Assembly (NCBI GenBank): GCA_963706325.1
Contig: CAVPLT010000007.1
Location: 192,001-256,000 of the forward strand
Reading direction: 5' to 3'
Length of the DNA stretch: 64,000 bases
From: an uncultured Nitrospiraceae bacterium
GTDB taxonomy: Bacteria; Nitrospirota; Nitrospiria; Nitrospirales; Nitrospiraceae
Below are positions 52,078-63,453 of the stretch, piece by piece (position 1 is the stretch's first letter; each line of letters begins with the position of its first letter). Position numbers and translations under genes: made by a program. The notes beneath the pieces are model-generated. The model made no database searches, was not told the origin of the DNA, and saw only the letters and a list, made by a program, of their open reading frames with translations.

Positions 52078-53529
52078 ATGAACACCTCGCATGGGGGAAG
52101 AATCGCAATGAGCTTGAACCGTTCCTGGCCTATTCCTGTTGTTTTGGGGCTTCTGCTTACTTGGATGCCAGGCTGCGGTGGTACTCAGCTTGAAATTCCC
52201 AGACCGACCGACGCGCTCAAGCCCCCTCCACCCGCACAGCCCGTCGAACCTTCAGTGGTGAATATCAAAGTCAGTGTTCCCCTCAGTGAGTTGGCCACGG
52301 TGGCAGATGGCGCGGTGCCCCGATCGTCGGGACGAGAAGATTCATGGCAGGAAGGTGGACCGCTGCCGGATCGGGGCGCTATACAATATCAATACTGGGT
52401 TGTTCGCGGGCCGCTTAATGTGACCGCCGACGAAGACCGTCTGGTCAGTGATTTTCCAGGGATGCAGTATCGTGCTGCATTCCGGATGCTCCTGCCTGAG
52501 GGCATGACATTTGAGGGGCGGTGCGGATACGGGAATGATCCGCCCAAACGACTACGGCTGATCGCGCGCTCTCGATTGAGTTGGACGGACCAATGGACCG
52601 TGAAATCCGATACTGCGTTTGATCCTCCTGAATTCCGCGATGCCTGTCGGATCGCCGGAATGGATGCAGATGTCACACCATTCGTTCAATCCATTGTGGA
52701 GAGCCGTCTTCCGTCGTTGGCGGCGGCGATCGACGCGAAGGTCAAGGAACGGAGTGAATCGAGACAACGAGCGCAAAAAGTATGGAGCAATCTCCACAAA
52801 CCACGGGAACTCGGTCCTGGACGATGGCTCATGTTGAATCCGAAAAACGTCCAGGTTAGTCCGATCGCGTCCAATGGACAGATCATTCAATCATCGGTGA
52901 ATCTCATTCTTCAGCCTGAGCTTCGCATGGGCACGATGCCGTCTATCCAGGAACAACCGCTTCCTCCTTTGCGACTGGCGCCGGCTTCTCTCGAGGGGTT
53001 CCATCTCGTTGTCCCGATTGTCGCCGATTATGCGCTGGTCAATCAACGCATGCAGCAGCGGTTGATTGGGCAGGAGTTCCAACCGCCGATCGGAGACTCC
53101 ATCCAGATCACCTCCGCGCAATTGTACGGGAGCGGTGAGAGTCTTATTGTGGAGTTGGGCGTCACGGGAGGGATGAAGGGCAAGCTGTATGCCACGGGAA
53201 AGCCCACATACGACAGCGAAACCAAGACTCTACGGTTTCAGCACTTCGACTACACGACGGACACAAGGAACGTGGTCGTCCACTCAGCCGATTCCCTTTT
53301 TCACCAGGATTTCCTCGCACGGATCGAACCGGAAACGCGCATCGACCTGTCTGATCGGATAGAAGGGTTGCGCTCACGGCTCTCGTCCCTGTTGACGCGC
53401 GAGGTAGAGCCCGGTCTGTGGCTTGAAGGGACCGTGAACAAACTGGATGCCCTGGGAATCTATCCAGTGCCCGGCGGGGTTGAGGTTCAGGTCGTTGCTG
53501 ACGGTATTCTACAACTCTCCACCCACTAG
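52078..53529 (+). CDS. DUF4403-family lipoprotein
   Basis: MPGC lipobox; W.ML.P and G.LY..GKP.YD motifs typical of DUF4403. Confidence 0.7.
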   Translation: MNTSHGGRIAMSLNRSWPIPVVLGLLLTWMPGCGGTQLEIPRPTDALKPPPPAQPVEPSVVNIKVSVPLSELATVADGAVPRSSGREDSWQEGGPLPDRGAIQYQYWVVRGPLNVTADEDRLVSDFPGMQYRAAFRMLLPEGMTFEGRCGYGNDPPKRLRLIARSRLSWTDQWTVKSDTAFDPPEFRDACRIAGMDADVTPFVQSIVESRLPSLAAAIDAKVKERSESRQRAQKVWSNLHKPRELGPGRWLMLNPKNVQVSPIASNGQIIQSSVNLILQPELRMGTMPSIQEQPLPPLRLAPASLEGFHLVVPIVADYALVNQRMQQRLIGQEFQPPIGDSIQITSAQLYGSGESLIVELGVTGGMKGKLYATGKPTYDSETKTLRFQHFDYTTDTRNVVVHSADSLFHQDFLARIEPETRIDLSDRIEGLRSRLSSLLTREVEPGLWLEGTVNKLDALGIYPVPGGVEVQVVADGILQLSTH

Positions 53530-53666
53530 GTCTCCATTTCCGTTGGGCGTGTCTTCATTCACATGGGATAGCATTCCGTTGGAGAAACCGGTAGAACAGC
53601 GACGCGTCTGCCTCACACCGGTATTCAGATGCATAGGGTTAACCTGGGCGAGAGAGGAGCGGACAG

Positions 53667-55166
53667 ATGGACGATGAGTGTAGTGTATATCGGGGCGCGG
53701 TGAAAATCCTGGGCTTGGTGCTGCTGGTCTGGACGGCATTCTTCGGTTGCGCGAGGAATCCGGTGAGCGGCATGCCGGAGATTACGATGGTTTCCGTGGA
53801 ACAGGAGAAAAAGATCGGAGCCGAAGAGGCGAAAAATGTGGAACAACAGATGGGACTTCTCGATGACCTGCAACTGACCAGCTATCTTGAAGAGCTGGGA
53901 CAGCGCCTTGTCAAAGAATCGCCGCGCCAGGACATTGCCTATCAGTTTCGTGTGGCAGACCAGATCGAGCCAAATGCCTTTGCCTTGCCTGGAGGCTATG
54001 TCTATGTGACCCGGGGCCTCCTGGTTCTGACGAACTCTGAGGAGGAGTTGGCGGGCGTCGTCGGACATGAAATCGGTCACGTGGCAGCCCGTCACAGCGT
54101 GCAAAAAATCTCCAAACAAGGACCCTTTGCCGTGGTGTTCGGGGTTGCGTCCGGGCTCACCGGTCTCATCAGCCCGCTGGTCGGCAATATCATCGGCGGA
54201 ATCGGAGATGTGACGCAGAGCCTCATCTTTTCTCCATACAGCCGCAGCCAGGAGACGCAGGCGGACCGTATTGGGCAGGACATGGCCGCAAAAGCCGGTT
54301 GGGATCCTGCAGGTTTGACGGCCTTTCTTACCACCCTGGAGCGTGAAGTCGAATTCGTGACAAAAGGACCGGAACGCCATAGTTTCTTCGATTCTCATCC
54401 GGCCACTCCGGATCGGGTCGCCAAAACCCGGGAACATGCGAAAGAACTCACACAGGTGAAGCGCGCTCCCATTAGTCCGTCGCGCGATGCGTTTCTCGCC
54501 CGATTGGACGGTCTGGCTGTCGGTCAGCGTGCGGCCAATGGGATCGTCCGAGGCAGCACGTTCATTCACCCGGACTCCAATTTCTTCATCGAATTCCCGC
54601 AGAAATCACACGTGGCGAATTCTCCACGCCATATCGTTGCCGTGACGGCGGACGGAGATGCCGCGATCGCCGTCAGCGTCGTGGCGGAGGGAAACGACCC
54701 TATGGATGGCGCCAGAGCAGTGGAACGGTCGACAAAATCACCCGTCGTCGATCAGACAAGGGCCCTTACAATCAATGGGCTTCCAGCTGCCGAAACCCAT
54801 CTGAATGCCAGCGCCAAGGTGGGTATCGACATGATCTGGATTGCCTATCGCGGCCAGATCTATCAGGTGGCCGGAGTCGCACCAGTTGAACGGTCGGACG
54901 CATTCCACGGACTCTTCCTTGCCACTGCCAGGAGCTTCCGTCCGTTAGCGGCTGACGACCGGGCCGGATTGACCGAGACCAGGATCCGATTGGTGCGGGC
55001 GCATGCGGACGATACGCTCGATGCGCTCGCTGCCCGTTCACATTCGGCCTGGACGAAGGACGAAATCGCGGTGGCCAATGGACTTTCTGTTGACCAGCGA
55101 TTGAAGAAAGACCTGCTGGTCAAAGTGTCGATTGCAGAACCATATGAGCAGAAGAGGCTTCGGTAA
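53667..55166 (+). CDS. M48 family zinc metalloprotease lipoprotein (C-terminal LysM-like segment)
   Basis: FGC lipobox, PNAFALPGG, HEIGH, YSRSQE.QAD, SHP...DR. Confidence 0.9.
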   Translation: MDDECSVYRGAVKILGLVLLVWTAFFGCARNPVSGMPEITMVSVEQEKKIGAEEAKNVEQQMGLLDDLQLTSYLEELGQRLVKESPRQDIAYQFRVADQIEPNAFALPGGYVYVTRGLLVLTNSEEELAGVVGHEIGHVAARHSVQKISKQGPFAVVFGVASGLTGLISPLVGNIIGGIGDVTQSLIFSPYSRSQETQADRIGQDMAAKAGWDPAGLTAFLTTLEREVEFVTKGPERHSFFDSHPATPDRVAKTREHAKELTQVKRAPISPSRDAFLARLDGLAVGQRAANGIVRGSTFIHPDSNFFIEFPQKSHVANSPRHIVAVTADGDAAIAVSVVAEGNDPMDGARAVERSTKSPVVDQTRALTINGLPAAETHLNASAKVGIDMIWIAYRGQIYQVAGVAPVERSDAFHGLFLATARSFRPLAADDRAGLTETRIRLVRAHADDTLDALAARSHSAWTKDEIAVANGLSVDQRLKKDLLVKVSIAEPYEQKRLR

Positions 55167-55309
55167 TGCGCTAGCGACCAGCCGCTTATGGAGCTGCAGT
55201 CTGGCCGACCAACAAATGGACGATCCTTGACGGCCCGCTTCTTGGGAGGGGACTCTTGGAATATCTGCAAGGGCTTCGTTTCGATTGTGTGCTGCTGACG
55301 CTAGGCATG

Positions 55310-55619
55310 TTCGCATCGAGCTGCGGTCGTATCGTCAACATCGCGTCGAGCCGACTAACTCCTTTAAGGGACAGGGAACGGTGACGGTCGTACCGTTCCG
55401 CTACGAAGCATACGAAGACCATCGAGTGCGGCCTCGCGAAGTCGAAAAGTATGGAGCCGCGCGGACCGGACTCTTCCTATCGCAGGAGATCGGGGGGGTT
55501 TTATACTGAAGCCTTGAAACGTGAGCTGACGCGTTCCTGGTATACCGTGGAGGAGGCCGGTCTCGCCACCGTTACCGGTTCCGTGGCGCGGTTCTTTGTC
55601 GATTGGCGGCAGACTTAAA
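55310..55619 (+). pseudogene. Possible frameshifted remnant of an exported protein gene
   Basis: Protein-like reading ...FKGQGTVTVVPFRYE...LFLSQEIGG continues after a G7 run as FYTEALKRELTRS...VTGSVARFFVDW. Confidence 0.3.
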
Positions 55620-55992
55620 GAGTATTTGAACTACGCGCGGTGTATACCATAGCAAAAAGCGGCTTCACGTGGGACTGTTCGTCCATTCAGCGTGGGCCTA
55701 ACAAGTTGGTCTAAGACGGCGTGCTGATTCGAAAGGGATCGGCGGACTGTATGCATCGTTTTATTCAAGCGGCGCAGAATGCGCACATCTTGTAGCTTTT
55801 TCACTATCGCACGGCAGGTGAATCGCCGCACAGTTTTTTCTCTCCCGTTCTTTCGCAGGACCTATCGCGACCTACTTTGATTGGAGGAAGGTATTCCCCT
55901 TCGAGCAGTAAACGATGTCGTGAAACTCCATCACCTGGACCCACGCGCTGCCATTACGGTAGCACAAAGACGTTGCCAGAAAATCTACGCGT

Positions 55993-56277
55993 ATGCTGGA
56001 GGCCGCCATGTCATTAGAAGAATTCATCGGTTTCTTGGCTGGATTCGGAACAACCTTTGCCTCGTTGCCGGATTTGATTGCGATGCTTCGGCGGCGGTCC
56101 TGCGAAGGCATGAATCCCACCATGGCCACGATCATGGGCACCTTCCAGATCGTATGGGTCTATTACGGGTTCTTGATCCATTCCAACCCGGTGATCGTCT
56201 GGAATATGATCGCCGTCGTGATCAATTCCCTCATGGTCGGCGCCTATTTCTATTTTGCATGTTCAAAGCGGGAATAA
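55993..56277 (+). CDS. SemiSWEET/PQ-loop family small transporter
   Basis: 3 TM; GFLAGFGTTFASLPD, WVYYG...PVIVWN. Confidence 0.85.
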   Translation: MLEAAMSLEEFIGFLAGFGTTFASLPDLIAMLRRRSCEGMNPTMATIMGTFQIVWVYYGFLIHSNPVIVWNMIAVVINSLMVGAYFYFACSKRE

Positions 56278-57832
56278 TAGCTCATGTGGATCTATGACAC
56301 CGTTCGTTTGGCAAGGTAGCGCTCGGCTACCGACGTATCTTTTCTGCATAATTGTCTTTTCTTTGATCTTGGCCGGCACAGGCCTTGCCGATGAAACTCC
56401 TTCTCACGCAAGGGCAATGCAGGGTCCCCCTTCACCCTTCGAGCCGTTGCCCGTCAATGAGCCGGTCGGGGGCAGGCCGGAATCGGGCACATTCCCGGGC
56501 ATCTCTCGTTGGCAGAATGACGTGCTGTCCTGGGAGACCGGCGCGGGCCGCAGCTATGTCTTACCGGCCGTAGAAATCCTTGCCTACGAGTTCCTTCTGA
56601 ATCGATTCAATCGCAATTTTGTCGAGCCGAAGGAGGAGTACCAGACAAATGGCGACACGATTTGGAAGAACCTCACTGATTCGAAGTGGGTCATTGACAA
56701 TGACCAGTTTAAGGTCAACCAGTTCCTTCACCCCTATGGTGGCAGCGTCTATTATGGTATTGCGCGATCGGCCGGTTTGAATTTTTGGGAATCTTTTTTG
56801 TACAGCGTCGCCGGAAGTTTTGTATGGGAGATTGCCGGGGAAACAACGAATCCTTCTATAAATGACATGATTTCGACACCTTTCGGCGGTACCTTCCTGG
56901 GCGAGCCTTTCTTTCGAATGGCGAGTTTGTTGCTCGAGAATAGCGACGGAGAGCCAGGCTTTTGGCGAGAACTCGGCGCAGCCGTGATCTCACCTCCAAC
57001 CGGATTCAATCGTCTGGTATTCGGCAACAAATTTGACACCCTTTTTCCGAGTCATAAGCCGGCCACGTTCATGCGCTTGCAGGTGGGAGGAACCCTCTCT
57101 TCCAGTAGCCGCAATGTTTCGTCTGGCGTCGAAGAGAACGGCGCCGTGGCAGATTTCACATTTACTTATGGTTTGCCTGGGCAGCCGAACTATTCGTATC
57201 AGCGCCCGTTTGATTATTTCGACTTTCAGATGCGGGCTGTTACGGCCAACTTTTTGGAAAGCGTCACCAGCCGGGGGCTCCTCTTAGGCACGACGTACGG
57301 GTCCGGTGAATCGACGCGGGGAATATGGGGACTCTACGGAAGTTACGACTACATTTCTCCCCAGGTGTTTCGAGTTTCCAGCACCGCCCTGTCGGTGGGA
57401 ACCACGTGGCAGACGTGGCTCTCGCGCACCGTGGCACTTCAGGGCACCGCTCTCGCCGGGACCGGCTACGGAGCGGCTGGTAGTATCGAGGCAACGGGGC
57501 TACGAGATTATCATTATGGGATGACGCCTCAAGGCTTACTCTCGCTTCGCCTAATCTTCGGCGATCGAGTGATGGTCGACCTTTCCGGACGTGAATATTA
57601 TGTCAGCGACGTGCTGTCCCCCGAGCAGGGCGGATGGGAAAATATTGTGCGCGGTGAGACGTCGGTGACGCTACGGGTCGCCGACCGCCACGGGTTGGCG
57701 CTACGATATCTGTTCTCGCATCGGGACGCCCACTATCCCGATATCGATTATCGGGGCCAGACGGTGGGAACAATTAGTCTCATGTACGTACTCCTCGGAG
57801 AGACCGGATTCGGTGCGGTGGACTGGCGTTAG
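56255..57832 (+). CDS. DUF3943 domain outer-membrane protein (start probably about 56294)
   Basis: W..D.D.F.VNQF.HPY.G..YY..ARS.G, WE..GE...PSIND...T..GG..LGE. Confidence 0.82.
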   Translation: MHVQSGNNSSCGSMTPFVWQGSARLPTYLFCIIVFSLILAGTGLADETPSHARAMQGPPSPFEPLPVNEPVGGRPESGTFPGISRWQNDVLSWETGAGRSYVLPAVEILAYEFLLNRFNRNFVEPKEEYQTNGDTIWKNLTDSKWVIDNDQFKVNQFLHPYGGSVYYGIARSAGLNFWESFLYSVAGSFVWEIAGETTNPSINDMISTPFGGTFLGEPFFRMASLLLENSDGEPGFWRELGAAVISPPTGFNRLVFGNKFDTLFPSHKPATFMRLQVGGTLSSSSRNVSSGVEENGAVADFTFTYGLPGQPNYSYQRPFDYFDFQMRAVTANFLESVTSRGLLLGTTYGSGESTRGIWGLYGSYDYISPQVFRVSSTALSVGTTWQTWLSRTVALQGTALAGTGYGAAGSIEATGLRDYHYGMTPQGLLSLRLIFGDRVMVDLSGREYYVSDVLSPEQGGWENIVRGETSVTLRVADRHGLALRYLFSHRDAHYPDIDYRGQTVGTISLMYVLLGETGFGAVDWR

Positions 57833-57874
57833 TATTCCGGCCAGCCTTTTTGTATCATTCCCCTTTTTAAGGCC

Positions 57875-57890
57875 CTGTCATTTCAGACGG
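57875..57890. promoter_or_regulatory. Degenerate lux-box-like palindrome (2 mismatches)
   Basis: CTGTCATTTCAGACGG, intergenic, upstream of the EEP gene. Confidence 0.35.
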
Positions 57891-58300
57891 GTCCCGTTTC
57901 CTCTGACGTAGGAAGCTAGATTATATCGCCGCAGTCCCACGGCCGGCGTCTATCGTCGATTTCGAGCTTGGTGGCAGAGCAGAACATATTGAAGGTTCCC
58001 GTATTGGTGCGGCAGGCAGAGGCTGCATTGCGGGTGAAGGAGTCGAATGATAGGCGTTCGTCCCAATCGTTCACGACTTCCATAGGCTCCGCGATTTGAC
58101 AAATGGCAAGTGGCACGCGGATGCTCAGGCTGAGGTAGCAGCCAAGGTAGGCGAAATGGGCGTGGCAGGAAGCGGCGAGACAAGTGATCTTACAAAAAAA
58201 ATGGCGATTCCTTATAGGTGCTGACGGATGCGGGAGCTTCCGCCACCGCGACGATTGCCATATAACGGGCGCAACCCTATTCAATGGAATAGCTCGAACA

Positions 58301-59545
58301 ATGCGATTAAAGAATCTATCCAGATCTTGGCGACCGAGAGGTATACGCGGTTGTAGGCAAGCTGTGGCCGCTGTCGCGCTGTTATGTTCGTTCGGAACAG
58401 GATGCGTCGAGTCCGTCCACCCGTCAAAGTTCACGAGCGACAAACGGATGCAGCGTGTCACGGTCCTGACATACAATACCCTGCATGGGCTCGAACCCAG
58501 CGGCTGGACGGTCAAACCGAGTGAGTCACAAGCCGTTCGCGAAGCGCGCCTTAATCGGCAATTCGCGGAGTTGTCCCTGGTTCAACCGGACTTGCTTCTC
58601 CTTCAGGAAGTCAATCCATTGCCTGCGATGGCCGAACGCTATGTCACGGCCCTCAAGCGCCCCGGTGTGGATTACCGTGAAGTGCACCAGGTCGATGCGT
58701 GCGGTGTCCGTCTGGCTCCCGGGCTTGCCGTCGTTCCCGATTTGAACAATGGCTTGGCCGTTCTCGTCAAAGCCCCCCTGACGGTGCGGAAGATTGTCGG
58801 GCTCAAGCTCAGCGGAGGAATGGGAGGTTGTCGGGATCTCATAGGCTTTCAGACAGGCGAGCTTCGATATGCGCTGATCGCTGAGGTCGCAAATCCAGAG
58901 TCCGGCAGAAAACTTCTTGCGGTCAGTCTCCACTTGCATTCAGGCATTGAGCGGGATGCGTTCTTTATTCAGAAGATCGCCGAGGCCGAGGAACAGGGCC
59001 GTGTCCAGCGGGACGACCTCCGCGAGCTGGTGACCTCGCTTCGCCAGAATCAGGATCGACGAATCAGCGAAGTGCGCGTGTTGATCAAGGAGATCGTCAG
59101 GCTTCTGGCTGACGGCGCCTATCTCGGTGCGATTATCGGAGGCGACCTCAACTTTGAAGCAGATTCTCCCGAGTATCGAGAGCTCGAGCAGGCAGGGCTA
59201 CGAGATACCTACATGGTGTCCACTCACCGCGACAACATCTACAGCTACGATCCCCAACAAAACATGATTGCTGCTCAGGAAGAAGCGGAGGTTCCGTCGG
59301 CGCTCCGCGACGCGGTGAGGCATCTTCCGCAGGAGCAACAAGAGAAGGTTTTTGAGGGGTACCGAAATGGCATCGGCCAGGGGAGACGGATCGACTTTCT
59401 GTTTCTTATGCAAACCTCGGCACAGGCTCTCCAAGGGTGCCTGAAGCAGGAACTGTTCGGAGCGCCGACGGTGGTGGATTCCCAGCCTGGATCCGACCAC
59501 TATGGCGTGCTCGATACTTACATTGCCGATCCGTCGCAGTGTTGA
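58301..59545 (+). CDS. Endonuclease/exonuclease/phosphatase family protein (probable lipoprotein)
   Basis: VLTYN, LLQEV, HLH, GGDLN, RIDFLF, SDHYGV. Confidence 0.87.
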   Translation: MRLKNLSRSWRPRGIRGCRQAVAAVALLCSFGTGCVESVHPSKFTSDKRMQRVTVLTYNTLHGLEPSGWTVKPSESQAVREARLNRQFAELSLVQPDLLLLQEVNPLPAMAERYVTALKRPGVDYREVHQVDACGVRLAPGLAVVPDLNNGLAVLVKAPLTVRKIVGLKLSGGMGGCRDLIGFQTGELRYALIAEVANPESGRKLLAVSLHLHSGIERDAFFIQKIAEAEEQGRVQRDDLRELVTSLRQNQDRRISEVRVLIKEIVRLLADGAYLGAIIGGDLNFEADSPEYRELEQAGLRDTYMVSTHRDNIYSYDPQQNMIAAQEEAEVPSALRDAVRHLPQEQQEKVFEGYRNGIGQGRRIDFLFLMQTSAQALQGCLKQELFGAPTVVDSQPGSDHYGVLDTYIADPSQC

Positions 59546-60070
59546 GATTCTCTGCAGGGGGATGGACGAGTCATGAAATGATTGGCTGGCATTGGGATGA
59601 TGTGGTTCGAGCGTCATCCTCGTCGCTGGTGTTCAAGGAATCGCCGCCGGCGAGCATGAGCCGCTCCTTCGTGGAATGACGGCTCAGCAAAGTAGGCCAT
59701 CGTTGAATTCGTGGGCAAAAGTTACCAAGGAAAGCTCTCCTGATTTCGTGCCATAAGCTCAACGCAGCGCAGTATTCGATAACGACGACCCGCTATGGGC
59801 CGAACAGCCGAGCTACTTCCTCGTGCAGTTCCCGTTCGACCGGGTGAGGCATTGACTCCCGGCCCTCGCGGTCTCCGGGCGCCTATTCGCTAGGCGCGCG
59901 CACAGCATTGTCAGGAACTTTCATGAATGACGGGGCCTACCCAGGCCGGAAGGATCGAGTAGGCCTATCGGTTCGATGGGGCCTGGCATCTCATCAGGTA
60001 TGGGGGGCGCCGCGATCCGTTGAATCCCCTCCGACTTGAGCTTGCCGCTGCTGGTGCGTAAAGTGAGAGC

Positions 60071-63000
60071 ATGATAGAGGTAAGAGACCAATCTACAGCC
60101 GCTCCATCGGGAAGGAAGCCGAAAGGTCGCCTCGCGCTTGTCCTGCTTGGATTGGCGATATTGTGTGTCGGCGGGTTACTGGCATTGCCTTGGATCCTCA
60201 ATCGTCCAGTGGTTATGGAGATTCTGAGGACAGACCTCGAACAACGCACGGGTCTCAGTCTATCGGTCGAGGCGTGGCATATCCGGATCTTTCCCTCCAT
60301 CGGGCTGGAATTGTTGCAGCTTCAGGCTCACGATCCCGGCTCACCGACACCGCTGTTCGTGGCCGAACGTCTGGAGATGGCCCTGCAGTGGTTACCGTTG
60401 TGGGAAGGACGGGTTGTCGGCAACGATCTGGTCATCGATCGGCCGCGTCTGACTATCCGCCGATCGGCCGATGGAAGCTGGTCGCTCGAAGGTCGAAAAC
60501 GCGACGTCTCTTCTGATGATCCGGCTCAGCCGTTCGCATTCTTACAGACGGTACGGAATCTGCTGGTGACCGATGGGATGGTGACGGTTGTTGATGACTC
60601 CGGCCTCAGTCCGCGCATTCCCCTGCACATCCTCATAGCGCAAGGCACTCTATCGAGTGAGATGTCGGGTCGCCATGCAAAACTTCAAATCTCGGGTGGG
60701 GTTCCGCAGGAACGAGATCGGGCGGCCTTCACGTGGGACGGTTCGTTGACGCAGAATCAGGAGGGAGGGAGATTACAAGTCGAGGGAGATCTCAGACTTC
60801 ACCACATCGACGTGCGACATGTTCTTTCGTCCTGGGTCGGGGGCGCTGCAGTGCCGGATGGGTCAATCGGGCCGGCGCAACTCACCGCGCATCTTCGAGG
60901 GTCGCCCAGAGGAGAGGATTATGATCTGATCGCCGATGAATGGAGAGCTCAGCTATCGGACATTTCCATGCAAGGGACCGGAGCAGTGGCCTGGCTTGGA
61001 GCCGCTCATCCGCGCTTTTCAATGACCATGTCAGCGGCTCCCATGATGCTGACGCGTCTGCTCATCCAACTGCCCTCCGCCTGGATTCCCGTCGAGGTTC
61101 GAGCGCAACTCGATGGGCATGACGTCGATGGTCTGGTGACCCTGCAGTCCTTGTCGCTGTCCGGCAGGGTCGGGGCTGACACGCCTCCGACTCTCAGTGG
61201 GAGTATCGGATTACGAAATGGCCACATCACCGTTGGTTCTCACTATCCCTCCGTTGAAGCCCTTTCCGCCACTCTCTCGTTCGATGCCGAGCAGATTCGG
61301 CTGACGGATCTTCGCGCCCAGTATGGTCCCATGCATCTGACTGGACAGGAGATCGTCATCACGCAGTGGTTGGATGATCCGCACATCGATGTCAAACTTA
61401 TCGGCGCGGGTTCCCTCAGGGGATTGGTCGAGGCCGCGCGGCGAATTGAGGAAGTATCGTTGGTGCAGGAAGTATTTGCCCGGATGCAGGAAACGACAGG
61501 CGATGTTGAGATGGTCGTCCATCTGGCTGGACAGCCGGCCAGGGGGACCGGACTAGCGCTCGTTGAGGCCGATTTCAGCCTCTACCACGCCGGCTTCCGG
61601 AGTGCTGTGCTTCAGCTCTTTGTCGAACAGGTACAGGCGCGTCTGCACGCCACGCCCAATCTTGTGAGGATCGAGCATCTGGAAGGGCGGGTCGGCCCGG
61701 CCACGCTGGAGGCTCGAGGGGACATGACCTGGATGGGAACCGAAGTCTATTCCGATGTGAGATTGAACATGCGCGCGGATTCCTCCAACGTCTTGTCATG
61801 GCTGGCGGAGGATGCCGACATCGGTTTCCGACCTGGGGTGGAGGGGCACATCGACCTGCGCGCCGCCGTCACCGGTACCGTGGAACATCCGCGTTTCGCA
61901 GGGAGGATTGAACTCGAGTCGGCCGGTCTGCACATACCTGAGCTCCTGACCAAGCCGCTCCACGCTCCAGCGGCCATCGAGTTCGATAGCCGTCTGTCCG
62001 AAGGCGGTCTTCTGACCATCCGCCATATCGGACTGTCGTTCTCACCCATTAAAATTGTGGGCGACGGAACTATCCGATTGTTGGAGGATATGGCCTTTGC
62101 GGTGAATGTCTCGTCGGACGCGATATCTCTGAGCGACTTGCCGGTCGGAATTGCGCTTGGGCCGATCAAAGCGGGGATGATGAGCACGCACCTGCACATG
62201 GAAGGTCTCGTGAAGGATCGTGCGTCATGGCGCACATCCGGTCAGGTTCGATTCGACCAAGGCACCATTGCCGTGGAGAGCTTGGACGAGCCGATCCGGG
62301 ATGCGTTCGTGGTTCTGCGATTTGATCAAGACAAAGTCAAGATCGAGCGGATGGCATTTCGTGTGGGCGCGAGCGACTTGCGGGTATCCGGCTCAATCGC
62401 GCATTGGGCGGAGTCTCCGCAAGCGCGATTAGTGGTCGAATCGTCGCAGATCGATGTGAGCGCATTCGGCTCATCACGCCGTAAATCGTCGAAGTCCGCT
62501 CGAAACCGATCCTCCGGAAGCGCCTGGTGGTCTGGCGGCACGGTGAGCGCATTTTTCTTTGCCGACCACGTCTATTATAAAAGGGTTTTGTTGACCGATC
62601 TGTCCGGCCGCATCTCATGGGATCATGGTCTTTTGACGGTCGAGCGGATCAGCGGGGATACCAATGAGGGGCATGTGGGGGGGCAGGTCAAGGCCCGGGC
62701 CGGTCCGCGACGGATCGAGCAGGCACGAGGCACGTTTCACCTGAATGGTATGCCCGCTGAGCATCTTCTGGACCTGATTCAGGAGAAACCGTTCCTGAGG
62801 GGGTGGCTCAGGACGTCGGGGACAGTGCAGGTAGAATTTGAGCGGGAGGGGATTGTGCTGAGCTCATTGACCAGCCGCCGGCCGATCCAAGTTATGATCG
62901 AGAACGGAACCATGCATAACGTGCCGGTGATCGCCACACTTCTGTCGGTCATGAATCTGCCCGCCCTGCTGCAGGGTCAAGTCAACCTTGACAAGGACGG

Positions 63001-63430
63001 CTTGCCGGTCGACCGGTTCAAGCTGGTATTTTCCCTGGAAAACGGCGTGATCGAGGCGACAGAACTTCTGGTCGACAGCCCCATTCTCAAGATCAGTGGG
63101 ACGGGTAAGTATGACATCATTGCGGACCAATTCGACATGGTCCTGGCTACCAGTCCCCTTGGGTCTTATTCAGCCACGCTGAAGCGCATCCCCTTGTTTG
63201 GACATCTTCTAGCCGGGGATCGGCAAGGATTCGATACCGCGGTGTTCGAGCTGAGGGGGAGCGCGAATCACCCCGATTTGCGGTATTTGCCCAGCGAATC
63301 GCTCAAGACGGGCGTGAAGGGGACAGCCCAACTGGCCTTCGATATTCTGGTCAATGCCATCACGCTACCACACAAGGCGTATTCAATGGTCGAGGCGGGG
63401 GTAACGGGGCGTGAGGACGAAGAGTTCTGA
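60071..63430 (+). CDS. AsmA-like (DUF748/AsmA_2) bridge-type protein
   Basis: N-terminal TM anchor, long beta-taenia-like body, C-terminal SPLGSY...IPLFG.LL.G...F.LRG....P. Confidence 0.85.
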   Translation: MIEVRDQSTAAPSGRKPKGRLALVLLGLAILCVGGLLALPWILNRPVVMEILRTDLEQRTGLSLSVEAWHIRIFPSIGLELLQLQAHDPGSPTPLFVAERLEMALQWLPLWEGRVVGNDLVIDRPRLTIRRSADGSWSLEGRKRDVSSDDPAQPFAFLQTVRNLLVTDGMVTVVDDSGLSPRIPLHILIAQGTLSSEMSGRHAKLQISGGVPQERDRAAFTWDGSLTQNQEGGRLQVEGDLRLHHIDVRHVLSSWVGGAAVPDGSIGPAQLTAHLRGSPRGEDYDLIADEWRAQLSDISMQGTGAVAWLGAAHPRFSMTMSAAPMMLTRLLIQLPSAWIPVEVRAQLDGHDVDGLVTLQSLSLSGRVGADTPPTLSGSIGLRNGHITVGSHYPSVEALSATLSFDAEQIRLTDLRAQYGPMHLTGQEIVITQWLDDPHIDVKLIGAGSLRGLVEAARRIEEVSLVQEVFARMQETTGDVEMVVHLAGQPARGTGLALVEADFSLYHAGFRSAVLQLFVEQVQARLHATPNLVRIEHLEGRVGPATLEARGDMTWMGTEVYSDVRLNMRADSSNVLSWLAEDADIGFRPGVEGHIDLRAAVTGTVEHPRFAGRIELESAGLHIPELLTKPLHAPAAIEFDSRLSEGGLLTIRHIGLSFSPIKIVGDGTIRLLEDMAFAVNVSSDAISLSDLPVGIALGPIKAGMMSTHLHMEGLVKDRASWRTSGQVRFDQGTIAVESLDEPIRDAFVVLRFDQDKVKIERMAFRVGASDLRVSGSIAHWAESPQARLVVESSQIDVSAFGSSRRKSSKSARNRSSGSAWWSGGTVSAFFFADHVYYKRVLLTDLSGRISWDHGLLTVERISGDTNEGHVGGQVKARAGPRRIEQARGTFHLNGMPAEHLLDLIQEKPFLRGWLRTSGTVQVEFEREGIVLSSLTSRRPIQVMIENGTMHNVPVIATLLSVMNLPALLQGQVNLDKDGLPVDRFKLVFSLENGVIEATELLVDSPILKISGTGKYDIIADQFDMVLATSPLGSYSATLKRIPLFGHLLAGDRQGFDTAVFELRGSANHPDLRYLPSESLKTGVKGTAQLAFDILVNAITLPHKAYSMVEAGVTGREDEEF

Positions 63431-63453
63431 AAGGGCAGTGGCGCACGGAACTA

